NCBI GenBank assembly: GCA_030599705.1
Contig: JAUVNM010000001.1
Coordinates: 1-28,548 of the forward strand
Direction of reading: 5' to 3'
Length of the DNA stretch: 28,548 nt
DNA from: Gammaproteobacteria bacterium
GTDB taxonomy: Bacteria > Pseudomonadota > Gammaproteobacteria > UBA9214
Shown: positions 12,401 through 21,742 of the stretch, in pieces
Layout: the number at the start of each line of letters is the position of its first letter
How positions within the stretch are numbered: position 1 is the first letter of the stretch
Position numbers and translations under genes: made by a program
Notes under the pieces: generated by a model
Told to the model about the DNA's origin: nothing
The model's input: only the letters and a program-made list of their open reading frames with translations
Database searches by the model: none

Positions 12401-15400
12401 AAATAACCGTACAGCGCCATTGCCAGACTGTGTATGGCCGGCACCTCGGCCGTCTCGGATATCCCCGACAAGGTATGCAGCGCACGGTACAGCGGTTCGG
12501 AGACCTGGCAGCCATTCTCATGCGCGCGGCATGCCTCGACGAAAACCTGTATCGCTGCCAGATGATCAATCGCTTCACGCCGGAATATTTCGATAATTTC
12601 CGGTTCATCGTCATCGGTATCCGGTGCTTCCGTCAAGACCTCCGCATCGCTGGTCTCCGGTTCCTCGCTGGACTCCGCGGCCGTGCTGCCATCGGAGTCC
12701 GTAGCTGCCGGCTCGCTGTCTGCAATGGCTGACATGTCCGGCTGCTCGCCGCGCGCAAGTTGCTCTGCTGCGAGCATCAGCGCCCGGTAATCCGACTCCG
12801 GTGGCGGCCCGCCATTGATCTGCGCCAGCAACCCGGACAGGGAAACCGGCATCCGCTCGAGCACCGTAACCAGTGTTGCATCCGCCGGCACCGATCCTTC
12901 AATTACCTGGTTCAGCAGGTTTTCAATCGCCCACGAAAATTCACCTGTCCGCATGGCGCCAGCCAGGCGGCCACTGCCCTTCAGGGTATGCAAACAACGG
13001 CGCAATGTTCCGAGGGCTTCGAGGTTGTCCCGGTCAGCAACCCACTCAGGCAGCCGCGCCGAGATTTCCTCGAGCAGCTCCGCGGCCTCTTCCATGTATA
13101 TCTCGACGATTTCCGGATCGGCATCCTCCGCCAGTACCGGCAGGGCATCCAGCGGATGCGATTCTTCAGCCGCAGAGACCGGAACAGCGGACGCGGGCTC
13201 TTCCGCATCCACATCTTCTGCATTGACTGCAGCTGTTTCCCCGGCTGCATCCTCTTCAGCAACTGCATTGACGGGTGGCGTATTCATCGGCCCGGACTGG
13301 TCATCGCTGTCAACCGGCGCGGCAGGTGCCAGCATGGCCATGGCACGCGCAACGAGGGCATCGACATCTGCCTCCGGCGCAGTGCCGTTCTTTACCTGTT
13401 CAAGCAGCTGCACCAGCGGTTCTCTTGCTGCCAGTACCAGTTCGAAAAAATTAGCCTGCTCACTTAGATTGCCTTCAACGGCCTGGTTCAGCAGGTTCTC
13501 GAAGGCCCAGGAAAATTCAGCCAGCGCCAGCGCACCGACCATGCGCCCGCTGCCCTTGAGCGTATGGAAAATGCGGCAAATCGTCTCGCTCATCTCCCGG
13601 TTGTTCGTGTTCGCGATCCAGCCGGGGATCAGTCGCGCCAGTTGCGCAAGCTCTTCCTCTACTTCCTCGATAAAGATTTCATAGATTTCCGGGTCCAGGT
13701 CATCAGCCAGTACCTGCATTTCGGAAATCACGGGGGTATCGGCAGCCGGGATTACGGTGCCGGACTGTTTGCATGGCGCTTCGGAGCCGGCATCCTGTGC
13801 CGCCGGGACCGAAGCCGCACCGCTGTCAAGTTTTTCCAGGCTCTGTTCGGCAATATTCAGGACCATACCGCCATGAATGCGGTTCTCACCCAGTTCCTCG
13901 ACAAAATATTCTATTGAACAGATCGCGTCTGCCAGCAAATCCAGCTGCCCCGCATCCGGCAGTTGTTCACTGCCGAGCAATGCCGTATTGAAGTAGTCAC
14001 CTACCTGCTCCACCAGGGCAGCCGCACGATCCTGACCGACAAGCTGCAGTCCACCCCGGATCTGCTGCAGCAACCCGGGCACGCTTTCAAGCCCTGCTGA
14101 TGACTCCGGGGCCTGCATATAGCTGTCGATATGTTCTTTCGCAGCCGCCATGGCAACCACTATTTCATTAATGACGGCGCTCAATCCTTCATTCCAGACA
14201 AGACTTGAAGTAGTGCTGCCAGATTCCTGTGTCAGGTTCCGTGCACGCATATCACGAATGGAAGTCTCCACGTCAATCAGGGAGTCCGCAATCCCGGCCA
14301 GTACATCGTCTGTAGCAGCAGCCGTAGCGGGCGTGATTTCGCGGCACCGCCATATTACATTTTCGATAATGCCGGCGGCATCATCGATGCCACTGATCTC
14401 CAGCGTATTTGCCAGTGTATGCAGGTCATCAACCACCTGACTTAAATCATCTGCACCGCCGGCACTGCGTTTGAACAGATCCAGCCGCTCCTTGATCTGC
14501 TCAAGATCTTCCAGCACCGCGGCCGTCACCGTATTCAGGACTTCCTTATTGCGGCCATCCAGGGCAACATTTTCCGGCTCACCCTCTGGCGGCTGCGCCT
14601 CCAGTGCAAAGACGCGGCGGATCTCGCCTGCCTGTCCGGTCTCAGTCTCACCGGCAGCAATAAGTTGCAGCAGGCTCTCGAGTAACGCTGCCGGGATTTG
14701 CGCGGAAAAATCAACCTCGCCGGCGTCAACCAGGCGCTTGATCTGCCGGTCAACCTGTCCCAGCAAGTGTTTTGAATCGGTGGTTGCTGCACCCGGATCA
14801 GCCAGCAGCATCTCGGCAAACCCCCCGGCGATCCACCAGAAGCAGGCCGCTTCCTGCCGGCGCGAGGCCTGGCGCAGGCTGTCGATTACCTCGATTATGG
14901 TCTGCAGTCCGGCGCCGTTGTCGACATTCCGGTACCAGTCCAGCAGGCCGGTCTGAAAACGCTGCCGTAAAGACCGTGCCAGTTGAGCCGCCTCGGGCAA
15001 GGTTGCCGCCTGCTGCGGGTCATAGGCCGTTACCGGCAGGTTGGCATGCAGACCGGGGCCTGTGACGTTGCCCTCCGGCATGGCGGTTGCGCCACGCAGC
15101 GTACGCAGTTCATTGATGACCGGCAACAACACGGCAATGCTTTCACGCCGGCTGTTGCGCAGACTGAACAGGTAATCGGGTAGCTGGATGAAGGCCTGCA
15201 TCAGGCTCTCTATCGCAGCCTGTGCATTGTCGAGCCGTTCATGCAGCAGGTCGTTGAGGACCTCCTCCATCTCGGTTGCAAGCAGGTCAGCTCCGTTCAA
15301 CTCGACAATACGCAAGGGTCCGCGCGCTTCATGCAGACAAACCATGCAATTATTCAGACTCCCGGCGCCGCCGTTGCCCTCGGCATATTCCTCCAGAAAC

Positions 15401-15477
15401 AGGCGGCCCTGCTTCAGCGTCTCGCCGAGTTCCTGTTGCACCCAGTTAAGCGCACTCAAATCGATTGCTTCATTCAT
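9481..15477 (-). CDS. chpA: CheA-like hybrid kinase with multiple Hpt domains, HATPase, CheW and receiver (ChpA/PilL)
   Basis: Repeated HTLKG motifs, LEHMLRNAVDHGIE, DDGHG, GFST...SGRGVGMDVV, CheW segment, C-terminal VVDDS...LLDIEMPRMDG...GKPY. Confidence 0.95.
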   Translation of the reverse strand: MNEAIDLSALNWVQQELGETLKQGRLFLEEYAEGNGGAGSLNNCMVCLHEARGPLRIVELNGADLLATEMEEVLNDLLHERLDNAQAAIESLMQAFIQLPDYLFSLRNSRRESIAVLLPVINELRTLRGATAMPEGNVTGPGLHANLPVTAYDPQQAATLPEAAQLARSLRQRFQTGLLDWYRNVDNGAGLQTIIEVIDSLRQASRRQEAACFWWIAGGFAEMLLADPGAATTDSKHLLGQVDRQIKRLVDAGEVDFSAQIPAALLESLLQLIAAGETETGQAGEIRRVFALEAQPPEGEPENVALDGRNKEVLNTVTAAVLEDLEQIKERLDLFKRSAGGADDLSQVVDDLHTLANTLEISGIDDAAGIIENVIWRCREITPATAAATDDVLAGIADSLIDVETSIRDMRARNLTQESGSTTSSLVWNEGLSAVINEIVVAMAAAKEHIDSYMQAPESSAGLESVPGLLQQIRGGLQLVGQDRAAALVEQVGDYFNTALLGSEQLPDAGQLDLLADAICSIEYFVEELGENRIHGGMVLNIAEQSLEKLDSGAASVPAAQDAGSEAPCKQSGTVIPAADTPVISEMQVLADDLDPEIYEIFIEEVEEELAQLARLIPGWIANTNNREMSETICRIFHTLKGSGRMVGALALAEFSWAFENLLNQAVEGNLSEQANFFELVLAAREPLVQLLEQVKNGTAPEADVDALVARAMAMLAPAAPVDSDDQSGPMNTPPVNAVAEEDAAGETAAVNAEDVDAEEPASAVPVSAAEESHPLDALPVLAEDADPEIVEIYMEEAAELLEEISARLPEWVADRDNLEALGTLRRCLHTLKGSGRLAGAMRTGEFSWAIENLLNQVIEGSVPADATLVTVLERMPVSLSGLLAQINGGPPPESDYRALMLAAEQLARGEQPDMSAIADSEPAATDSDGSTAAESSEEPETSDAEVLTEAPDTDDDEPEIIEIFRREAIDHLAAIQVFVEACRAHENGCQVSEPLYRALHTLSGISETAEVPAIHSLAMALYGYFGELNEQQLPVSEAAVDVLGNCRVALADLVEQLPEQDCDTGRLNSLLAAIESLPVRPPVVEDEAQEAPQAEAATGAGDVPDTGCSETGAAGDTETDPVAEDVAANDMGVMQETLTEEPAAPAGDFSGMDPELLDIFIEEATDILNNSEATLRAWQDDHDNRGLIDEFQRQLHTLKGGARMTEIGAIGDLSHSVESMLMRVIDGHVMVSGSLFDCLHDAHDSLTGMLDKVKANEMPASAQQLEQRLEQLADGSATIKPDIAETGGPGVEAAEAVPEQFPESGSGADAVAAPADTTAEDSEDPSGQVAVAVAASVPDEHVEAQSAREQASQPEVVTSSPEDVRQSDVMPRREERRKATRVRADQVRIQADLLDNLVNYTGEINIYRSRLEQQFGLYRFNIDELQQTVSRLRDQMRHLEIETETQILYRYEQETGGTHSGFDPLEMDRYSNLQQMTRSMMESIGDLESIREMMDGTTRDSETLLLQQSRVTTDLQDGLLRTRMIPFASLAPRLRRIVRQAANELGKSVELRLEGAEGEMDRTVIERIIAPLEHMLRNAVDHGIEKPAVRMNAGKPKCGNIKISFYREGHEIVLQIADDGHGIDLQAIRSHAIERGLISGDSGLADDEVMQFILHSGFSTAREVTQISGRGVGMDVVNSEVRQLGGSLRIESEAGNGSLFTMRLPYTLAINHALLVRAGEEKFCIPLGSIEGVVRVAADELLACYAEQEPAYDYAGNSYQLKHLGTLLDSGGMDSGKTGDRLPVLLIRTGEKRVALQVEAMHGNREIVVKPLGVQLSSVNGISGATILGDGRVVLILDLATVVRMEARQPTATDVAVPGGNDKLTVMVVDDSITVRKVTTRLLRRYGFEVVTAKDGVDAIGQLQDRVPDMMLLDIEMPRMDGFELATQMRNNERLRHIPITMITSRTGDKHRERAREIGVNHYLGKPYQERELLDTIHRLIGISPDEPAESREHADG

Positions 15478-15582
15478 ACTGGTTCCTGGCCACCCGCGCG
15501 ATCATATGTTGCATGGACGCGGACAGGCGTAGTGTTTGTGATTGCCCGGTACAACCACCGGCCATGCCGGTCAACTGTCCGG

Positions 15583-17586
15583 TTACGGCAGTTTGAAACC
15601 GGCAACAGAGGTATCGAGATCCTTGGCCAGGCATGACAGCTTGCCAATGGAGCTAAAGGTCTGCTCGGTGCTGCTCGCTGTCTGGGTGGTAACGTCCTGG
15701 ATGCTGTTCATGTTGCTGGAAATCTCGACTGCCGTACCGGCCTGCTCACTGGCAGACACGGAAATCGACTGAATCAGGCCGGCCAGCTGCTCGGAGACGT
15801 TCTCGATCTCCTCGAGTGCGCTGCCGGCGTCCTCTGCGAGATGTGCGCCGCTGACTACCCCGGAGGTACTCTTCTCCATGGAAATGACCGCCTCGTTGGT
15901 ATCGGCCTGAATGGCTTTCACCAGGGCCTCGATCTGGCGTGTTGCGTTGGCCGAGCGTTCTGCAAGGCGCTGCACTTCGTCGGCAACCACCGCGAAACCA
16001 CGGCCTGCCTCGCCGGCCATGGCCGCCTGGATAGAGGCATTCAGTGCCAGGATGTTGGTCTGCTCGGCGATGTCGTTAATCAGCTCGACGATATCGCCAA
16101 TCTCCTGCGAACTTTCACCGAGACGCTTGATGCGTTTCGAGGTTTCCTGGATATGCTCGCGAATGGAATCCATGCCCTCGATATTGCGCTGCACCGTTGC
16201 GCCGCCCTTCTTCGCGATCTCGACCGAGCGCATGGCCACCTTGGCAGACTCACCGGCATTGGCTGATACCGTATTCATGGAAGCTGACATGTCATTGATC
16301 ACAGCCGTTGCGGATGATATATCCCGAGACTGGCGGGTACTGGCCTCGGAAAGCTGCCGGGCAACAACCTCGGCTTCCTCGATCGAGGAAGACATCTGCG
16401 TCGATGTATCGTTGATTGTCCTGACCAGGCCGCGCAAGGAACCGACGGTTACATTGATAGAGTCGGCAATTGCACCGGTAAAGTTTTCGGTAACGGTAGT
16501 GGATACCGTCAGGTCGCCCTGGGCCAGGTCACCCATCTCATCCAGCAGACGCATAACCGCCTCCTGGTTGTGCAGGTTCTCGGACTCGACAACCTGGCTG
16601 CGGCTCCTCTGGGTACGCAGTGTTTCAAAACCCATCCAGAACAGGACCAGCAGGGATATCGCGCCAAGCAAGTAGGCCAGCTCCATGGATACCAGGCGGT
16701 TTGCCGGTGCAGCGGCATAGGCCCGCTGCAGATCATCAGCGGCACCGAACAGTTTCTCACTACGGATCGATACATCCTGTACGGCCTTCTGAATACCAAC
16801 CAGCTCTGCCGAGTTGTCAACCAGCGTACCAACATGGTCACTGATCTGACTGAACAGCAGGGCAATCTTCCTGAGCCTGTCCAGGGCAGTTTCGTCCTGA
16901 ACGGCGCCCGCATCCTTGCCGCCACGCAGCATCTGCTCGAGAATGGCGCCGAACTCATCGGTGTCCTCGGCAAAGGCGACGGCCGCGGCCTCGGCCCCGG
17001 ACATAACATTGTTGATGTTGTTCACAATACGCTGACCCAGCATGGAAAGGTGACTGGCCTGGCTTACCAGCATCGGGCTGGCATTATTCCTGACGAGGTT
17101 GTCTACCAGACCCTGGGTATGCTGCATCAGCTCCGGCATGATTTCCCGTGTCAGGCTGGCGGTCTCAGCCACCGAAAGCACCAGGATCTGGCCATCAACG
17201 ACTTCTTCAACACTGTAGCTGAACCCGTGCCAGACATTGTCCAGTTCGGTAAAGGCCTGGTACTCCGGTGTCATGCGGTAGCTCTCGCTTGCTCCGAATT
17301 CACTGCTTTCGCTATCGAGGATTTCCATGAAACGCTCCCTGGATTTCTCGAGCGCCACGAAGGCCTCCTGCTTGCCGTCGGCGGCAGCCAGGGCATACTT
17401 TGCAATTCGCTGTGACATGACCTGCTGTTCACCGGTCCACGACAGGCGCTGCTGGTCCAGTTCGGACTGGTTGTCAACCTGCACGAAAACACCCGCCATC
17501 GCACTAACGGCGCACAATACGGTAAAGGCAAGCACCTTCATCCAGCTGTCGGACACCATCGTCTTTACCTTGCTAAATACATTCAT
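15583..17586 (-). CDS. pilJ: Methyl-accepting chemotaxis protein, PilJ type
   Basis: Two TM segments, PilJ-type periplasmic MSQRIAK, HAMP-like LAQGDLTV, hairpin tip EQTNILALNASIQAAMAGEAGRGFAVVADEVQRLAERS. Confidence 0.93.
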   Translation of the reverse strand: MNVFSKVKTMVSDSWMKVLAFTVLCAVSAMAGVFVQVDNQSELDQQRLSWTGEQQVMSQRIAKYALAAADGKQEAFVALEKSRERFMEILDSESSEFGASESYRMTPEYQAFTELDNVWHGFSYSVEEVVDGQILVLSVAETASLTREIMPELMQHTQGLVDNLVRNNASPMLVSQASHLSMLGQRIVNNINNVMSGAEAAAVAFAEDTDEFGAILEQMLRGGKDAGAVQDETALDRLRKIALLFSQISDHVGTLVDNSAELVGIQKAVQDVSIRSEKLFGAADDLQRAYAAAPANRLVSMELAYLLGAISLLVLFWMGFETLRTQRSRSQVVESENLHNQEAVMRLLDEMGDLAQGDLTVSTTVTENFTGAIADSINVTVGSLRGLVRTINDTSTQMSSSIEEAEVVARQLSEASTRQSRDISSATAVINDMSASMNTVSANAGESAKVAMRSVEIAKKGGATVQRNIEGMDSIREHIQETSKRIKRLGESSQEIGDIVELINDIAEQTNILALNASIQAAMAGEAGRGFAVVADEVQRLAERSANATRQIEALVKAIQADTNEAVISMEKSTSGVVSGAHLAEDAGSALEEIENVSEQLAGLIQSISVSASEQAGTAVEISSNMNSIQDVTTQTASSTEQTFSSIGKLSCLAKDLDTSVAGFKLP

Positions 17587-17646
17587 GGTCTTTCTCCTGA
17601 CCGGTTAGTCATAACTGCGCAACTGAAACAGTGAATCACCCGCATT

Positions 17647-18204
17647 TTATATAGCTGTCTGCATGAATCGTTCTGATGCAGACAGCGCAGGAATACTGAT
17701 AATGCCCTGAAATATGCCCTCTACCTGGAATCCGTTACTGACGTAGGGTTCCAGCACCGTGCCTGCCCGGTCGTCAGCCACTATGCATGCCGCGACCGGA
17801 AAATGCCGCAGACCATAGACCTCGTTCACGATCAGACCCGAATATATATCCTCGAATTCGATCACCAGCACCCGGCTGCGGTTATCGGGTTTGGCAACTT
17901 CGCCATACAACAACCCATGCAGATCAATCACGGGCAGCAGGCGACCGCGCACATTCGCGATACCACGTACCCAGCCAGCAGTGTTGGGAACCATGGAAAG
18001 CTGTGGCAGGGACAGGGTCTCGATCACCGCACCTATTGGCGCCAGCAGTTGCTGGTCACCCAGGCGAAAGGCAATACCCGACCACACATCCCGGCGTTCA
18101 ACCTGATCCGGAACACCAACTGCCGCGACCCGACAACCCGTTTCCATGGCCCTCAGCAGGGCCATAGGATCCATGTCTGCCGCTGCGTTCATCGTGGCCA
18201 GCAT
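17647..18204 (-). CDS. pilI: CheW-like coupling protein PilI
   Basis: WSGIAFRLG, VPNTAGWVRGIANVRGRLLPVIDL. ATG at 18204 overlaps the pilH TGA (TGATG); ATG at 18192 is an alternative start. Confidence 0.88.
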   Translation of the reverse strand: MLATMNAAADMDPMALLRAMETGCRVAAVGVPDQVERRDVWSGIAFRLGDQQLLAPIGAVIETLSLPQLSMVPNTAGWVRGIANVRGRLLPVIDLHGLLYGEVAKPDNRSRVLVIEFEDIYSGLIVNEVYGLRHFPVAACIVADDRAGTVLEPYVSNGFQVEGIFQGIISIPALSASERFMQTAI

Positions 18205-18569
18205 CAACTGTCGAGGGCCTGGTTAATGAGATCCATCAGTGCGCCCTCGTTGACCGGCTTGGTGAGGTATTCGCATGCGCCCTGGCGTAAACCCCATACC
18301 CGGTCGACCTTCTGGTCCTTGCGGGTAACAATAATGACCGGTATCGACGCCGTCTCCGGGTTGGATGTCAGTTCACGGGTCGCCTGGTAACCGTTCAGCC
18401 CCGGCATCACAACATCCATCAGGATCAGGTCAGGTTTCTCACGCCGGGCACATTCAATCCCCTCATCACCATTCGCGGCAGTCAGTGTCTGGAAGCCATT
18501 CTTCTGCAACATCTTCTGCAGGCGGTGGGCATCGGTAGGTGAATCATCAACGATCATTATCTGCGTCAT
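18204..18569 (-). CDS. pilH: Single-domain response regulator PilH
   Basis: MTQIMIVDDSPT, ILMDVVMPGLNGYQATREL, DRVWGLRQGA. ATG at 18569 has a GAGG SD; the longer track ORF to 18725 overlaps pilG. Confidence 0.93.
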   Translation of the reverse strand: MTQIMIVDDSPTDAHRLQKMLQKNGFQTLTAANGDEGIECARREKPDLILMDVVMPGLNGYQATRELTSNPETASIPVIIVTRKDQKVDRVWGLRQGACEYLTKPVNEGALMDLINQALDS

Positions 18570-18591
18570 TGCAACTTCCTCGCTAGTATCG

Positions 18592-19062
18592 CTATACGCC
18601 GCTTGTTTGATCAGACCTGGAGCCGTGCTGTTCGATGGCAGACAGCAGCTCCTCCCTGGTAAACGGTTTGGTGATGTAGTGGTCGGAACCGACCACGCGT
18701 CCGCGGGCACGATCAAACAGGCCATCCTTGCTGGACAGCATGACGACCGGTGTATGCTTGAACACCCGGTGATGCTTGATCAGCGCACACGTCTGGTAAC
18801 CGTCCAGCCGGGGCATCATGATGTCCATGAAGATCAGGTCCGGCTGGTAGTCCACAATCTTGCTCAGCGCCTCGAAGCCATCCACGGCGGTGACGACATC
18901 GAAGCCCTCGTTGCGCAGCAGGCTTTCGGCCGTGCGCCGGATGGTCTTGCTGTCATCGATGATCATGACCGTGAAGACACTGCGATCACCCCCGGCAACA
19001 CCCTCCTGGTCAGGGGTATCCCCGGCGTCCGCCTTTACCTGAGTCTCGGCACTGTATTGCAT
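18592..19062 (-). CDS. pilG: Single-domain response regulator PilG
   Basis: IDDSKTIRRTAESLL, DIMMPRLDGYQTCALIK, MLSSKDGLFDRARGRVVGSD, the PilG signatures. Confidence 0.95.
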   Translation of the reverse strand: MQYSAETQVKADAGDTPDQEGVAGGDRSVFTVMIIDDSKTIRRTAESLLRNEGFDVVTAVDGFEALSKIVDYQPDLIFMDIMMPRLDGYQTCALIKHHRVFKHTPVVMLSSKDGLFDRARGRVVGSDHYITKPFTREELLSAIEQHGSRSDQTSGV

Positions 19063-19265
19063 ATATAACTCACTGTTTTAATTTAACTTTCAGTAATATC
19101 ATGCCGGCTGTCGCCGGCCCGTGTAGCGGCCAGGCGCCGCCCGGACAACGCGCCGCCCGGTGAATTAATTTACTATCGCCCTTCAGCCACAACGATTTAT
19201 CGTCCGCCACGGGACAAACTTTATATGCCTGCAGGCGGCCACTCCGGACCGGGAAAGCAACAGTT

Positions 19266-20219
19266 ATGGCGATCAAACTAGGCGTGGTCATGGACCCGAT
19301 CGAGTCCATCAACTTCAAAAAAGACAGCACCCTGGCCATGCTGCTGGCAGCCAGTGCGCGTGACTGGGAACTCTGGTACATGGAGCAACCCGACCTGTTC
19401 CTGCACGACAGTCACAGCCTTGCGGCCATGAGCCATCTCGAGGTCAGGGATGACCCGGATGACTGGTACCGGCGCGCACCACCCGTGGTGCGCCCACTGA
19501 CATCACTGGACGTGGTACTGATGCGCAAGGATCCGCCCGTCGATATGGAATACATGTACTCGACGTTCCTGCTCGAACACGCCGAGGCCGACGGGGTACT
19601 GCTGGTCAACCGGCCGGGGGCACTGCGTGATGCCAATGAAAAACTGTACACCGCCTGGTTTGCAGATTGCTGCCCGCCCACCCGCGTCAGCCGGGACATT
19701 GCGCGCCTGCAGCAGTTCCTCGATGAACACTCTGATATCGTCGTCAAGCCGCTCAACGGCATGGGCGGCGCATCGGTTTTCCGGGTACACAGGGACGACC
19801 CGAACGTAAATGTCATCCTCGAAACCATTACCGACAATGGCAGCCGGTCAGCCATGGCGCAGCGCTATATTCCAGAAATCACCCGCGGTGACAAACGCAT
19901 CCTGATGATTGACGGTGAACCGTTTCCCCACGCACTGGCACGCATCCCGGCCGCCGGGGAAACCCGCGGCAACCTGGCCGCCGGGGGTACCGGCAAGGGC
20001 GTGGATCTCAGTGACCGCGACCGCTGGATTTGCCGGCAGGTCGGTCCGGCCCTGCGGGAGAAAGGCCTGCTGTTTGCCGGGCTTGATGTGATCGGTGATT
20101 ACCTCACGGAAATCAACGTCACCAGCCCGACCTGTATCCGCGAACTCGATTCACTGTATGACGCAGACATCGCCGGCGACTTGATGGCCGCCATCGACAA
20201 GCAACTGGCAAGTCCATAG
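19266..20219 (+). CDS. gshB: Glutathione synthetase
   Basis: VVMDPI..KKDST, MRKDPP, NEKL, KPLNGMGG, ETRGNLAAGG, EINVTSPT; divergent from pilG. Confidence 0.97.
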   Translation: MAIKLGVVMDPIESINFKKDSTLAMLLAASARDWELWYMEQPDLFLHDSHSLAAMSHLEVRDDPDDWYRRAPPVVRPLTSLDVVLMRKDPPVDMEYMYSTFLLEHAEADGVLLVNRPGALRDANEKLYTAWFADCCPPTRVSRDIARLQQFLDEHSDIVVKPLNGMGGASVFRVHRDDPNVNVILETITDNGSRSAMAQRYIPEITRGDKRILMIDGEPFPHALARIPAAGETRGNLAAGGTGKGVDLSDRDRWICRQVGPALREKGLLFAGLDVIGDYLTEINVTSPTCIRELDSLYDADIAGDLMAAIDKQLASP

Positions 20220-20233
20220 GGAGGGCCACCCTG

Positions 20234-21277
20234 GTGTCTGCAAGTTCGTTCCGCACCGGCCTGCTGCTGTGCCTGCTGCTGGTCAGCGGTTGCAGCCAGT
20301 CACCGGAGCTGGTCCGGCACCGGCAGTTTTTCGCGCTGGGGACCCTGATCGATATTACGATGTACGATATCGACGGCGCTGCCGCCGAACAGGCTGGTCT
20401 GGAACTGGAACAGCTGTTTATGCGCATGCATGCCGACTGGCATGCCTGGCAACCGGGTATCCTGCAGGAAACCAACCGCCGGCTGGCCACACTGGAAGAC
20501 TTCCCCGCAGACCCGGCGCTGCTGCCCTTGCTGGATGAGGCCAACCGCCTGTCACGCCTGAGCGATGAACTGTTCAACCCGGTCATCGGCAAGCTGATTG
20601 CCCTGTGGGGCTTCCACAGCGATGAGCGCCCGGATGGACCGCCACCGGACAACAACCGGATACTGGAACTGGTCGCACAACAGCCGTCGGTTACCGACGT
20701 GACCCTGCATGACGGCCACCTGCGGAACGGCAATCCGGCGGTGCGCTATGACCTGGGCGGCGTTGCGAAAGGCTACGCCATCGACCGGGGCATCGAGCGG
20801 CTGCGGGCACGCGGCATTGATCATGCCATTATCAATGCCGGGGGCGACCTGCGCGCCATTGGCCGGCACGGTGAGCGTCCGTGGCACATCGGCATCCGCG
20901 ACCCGCGCGGCCCCGGGGTACTCGCGGCCATCGAGCTGGGGGATGATGAAAGCATCTTCACCTCGGGCGACTATGAGCGCTTCTTTGACCATGATAACCA
21001 GCGTTACCATCACATCATCGATCCGCGCAACGGCTACCCGGCCGACAGCGCCACCTCCGTGACCGTTATCCACACCGATGCCGCCACGGCAGACGCGGCC
21101 GCAACCGCCCTGTTTGTTGCCGGCCCGGAACTCTGGCAAACCGTTGCCCGCCGGATGGGGATACGCTATGTCCTGCTGATTGACCGCAACGGTACCATTC
21201 ACATGAACCCGGCAATGCAACAGCGGGTCCGTTTCGACACGGAACCGGCCGCAATCAGCCTGGGTGAACCCCTGTGA
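20234..21277 (+). CDS. apbE: FAD:protein FMN transferase (ApbE family lipoprotein)
   Basis: Lipobox LVSGC, ALGT, DLGGVAKGYAID, INAGGDL, WHIGIRDPR, TSGDYERF, HHIIDPRNGYP. Confidence 0.93.
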   Translation: MSASSFRTGLLLCLLLVSGCSQSPELVRHRQFFALGTLIDITMYDIDGAAAEQAGLELEQLFMRMHADWHAWQPGILQETNRRLATLEDFPADPALLPLLDEANRLSRLSDELFNPVIGKLIALWGFHSDERPDGPPPDNNRILELVAQQPSVTDVTLHDGHLRNGNPAVRYDLGGVAKGYAIDRGIERLRARGIDHAIINAGGDLRAIGRHGERPWHIGIRDPRGPGVLAAIELGDDESIFTSGDYERFFDHDNQRYHHIIDPRNGYPADSATSVTVIHTDAATADAAATALFVAGPELWQTVARRMGIRYVLLIDRNGTIHMNPAMQQRVRFDTEPAAISLGEPL

Positions 21278-21636
21278 TGACGCGTGCGGACTGGTTGCTG
21301 CTGGTTGCCGTCATTGGCTGCCTGCCGCTGCTGTACACGCACTTCTGGTCCCGGGAGGGCGTCGCACGCTACCTGCAGGTGCAGGAGGGCAACCAGCCGG
21401 CGCGCATCATTGACCTTGCACCGGACCGCGAGCTGGTACTTGAGGGCCCGCTGGGTGCCAGTGGCATTGAAATTCATGCCGGCCGCGCGCGCTTCGTGCA
21501 TTCACCCTGTCCCGGGAAAAACTGCATCCAGGCCGGCTGGCTGGCGGCTGCCGGAGAACTCGCTGCCTGCCTGCCGAACCGCATCAGCATCCAGTTGCGG
21601 GGCCTGCACCCGCGCTTTGACGCCATCAATTTCTAG
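21277..21636 (+). CDS. NusG domain II-containing (DUF1312-type) membrane-anchored protein
   Basis: N-terminal TM helix, SPCPGKNCIQAGW...ACLPNR three-Cys pattern; TGATG overlap with apbE. Confidence 0.85.
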   Translation: MTRADWLLLVAVIGCLPLLYTHFWSREGVARYLQVQEGNQPARIIDLAPDRELVLEGPLGASGIEIHAGRARFVHSPCPGKNCIQAGWLAAAGELAACLPNRISIQLRGLHPRFDAINF

Positions 21637-21659
21637 GCAAGACCTGATTCATACATGTT

Positions 21660-21689
21660 CCGTCATTCCCGCCTGCGCGGGACTGACGG
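21660..21689. repeat. REP-like imperfect palindrome
   Basis: CCGTCA-TTCCCGC-CTGC-GCGGGA-C-TGACGG; resembles the GTCATTCCCGC...GCGGGAAT palindrome type common in Proteobacteria. Single copy in this window. Confidence 0.55.
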
Positions 21690-21694
21690 GATAT

Positions 21695-21720
21695 AAAAAA
21701 GGGGCGCAGTGCGCCCCTTC
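21695..21720 (-). terminator. Intrinsic terminator of the rhodanese gene
   Basis: Minus strand GAAGGGGCGC-ACT-GCGCCCC-TTTTTT, 22 nt after the stop codon. Confidence 0.8.
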
Positions 21721-21742
21721 TGAAAACTGCGATGCAGCCGGA

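Noticed and set aside
18570-18725. N-terminal extension of pilH in the ORF track
   Set aside because: Overlaps pilG; ATG 18569 has an SD and gives a normal-length receiver.
19130-19160. Direct repeat GCGCCGCCCGG x2 between pilG and gshB
   Set aside because: Short, GC-rich and only two copies; no further support.
19209-19220. 12-mer ACGGGACAAACT shared by the gshB and tkt (3814-3825, minus) upstream regions
   Set aside because: One such match among the intergenic DNA of the window is roughly expected by chance, and no third copy was seen.
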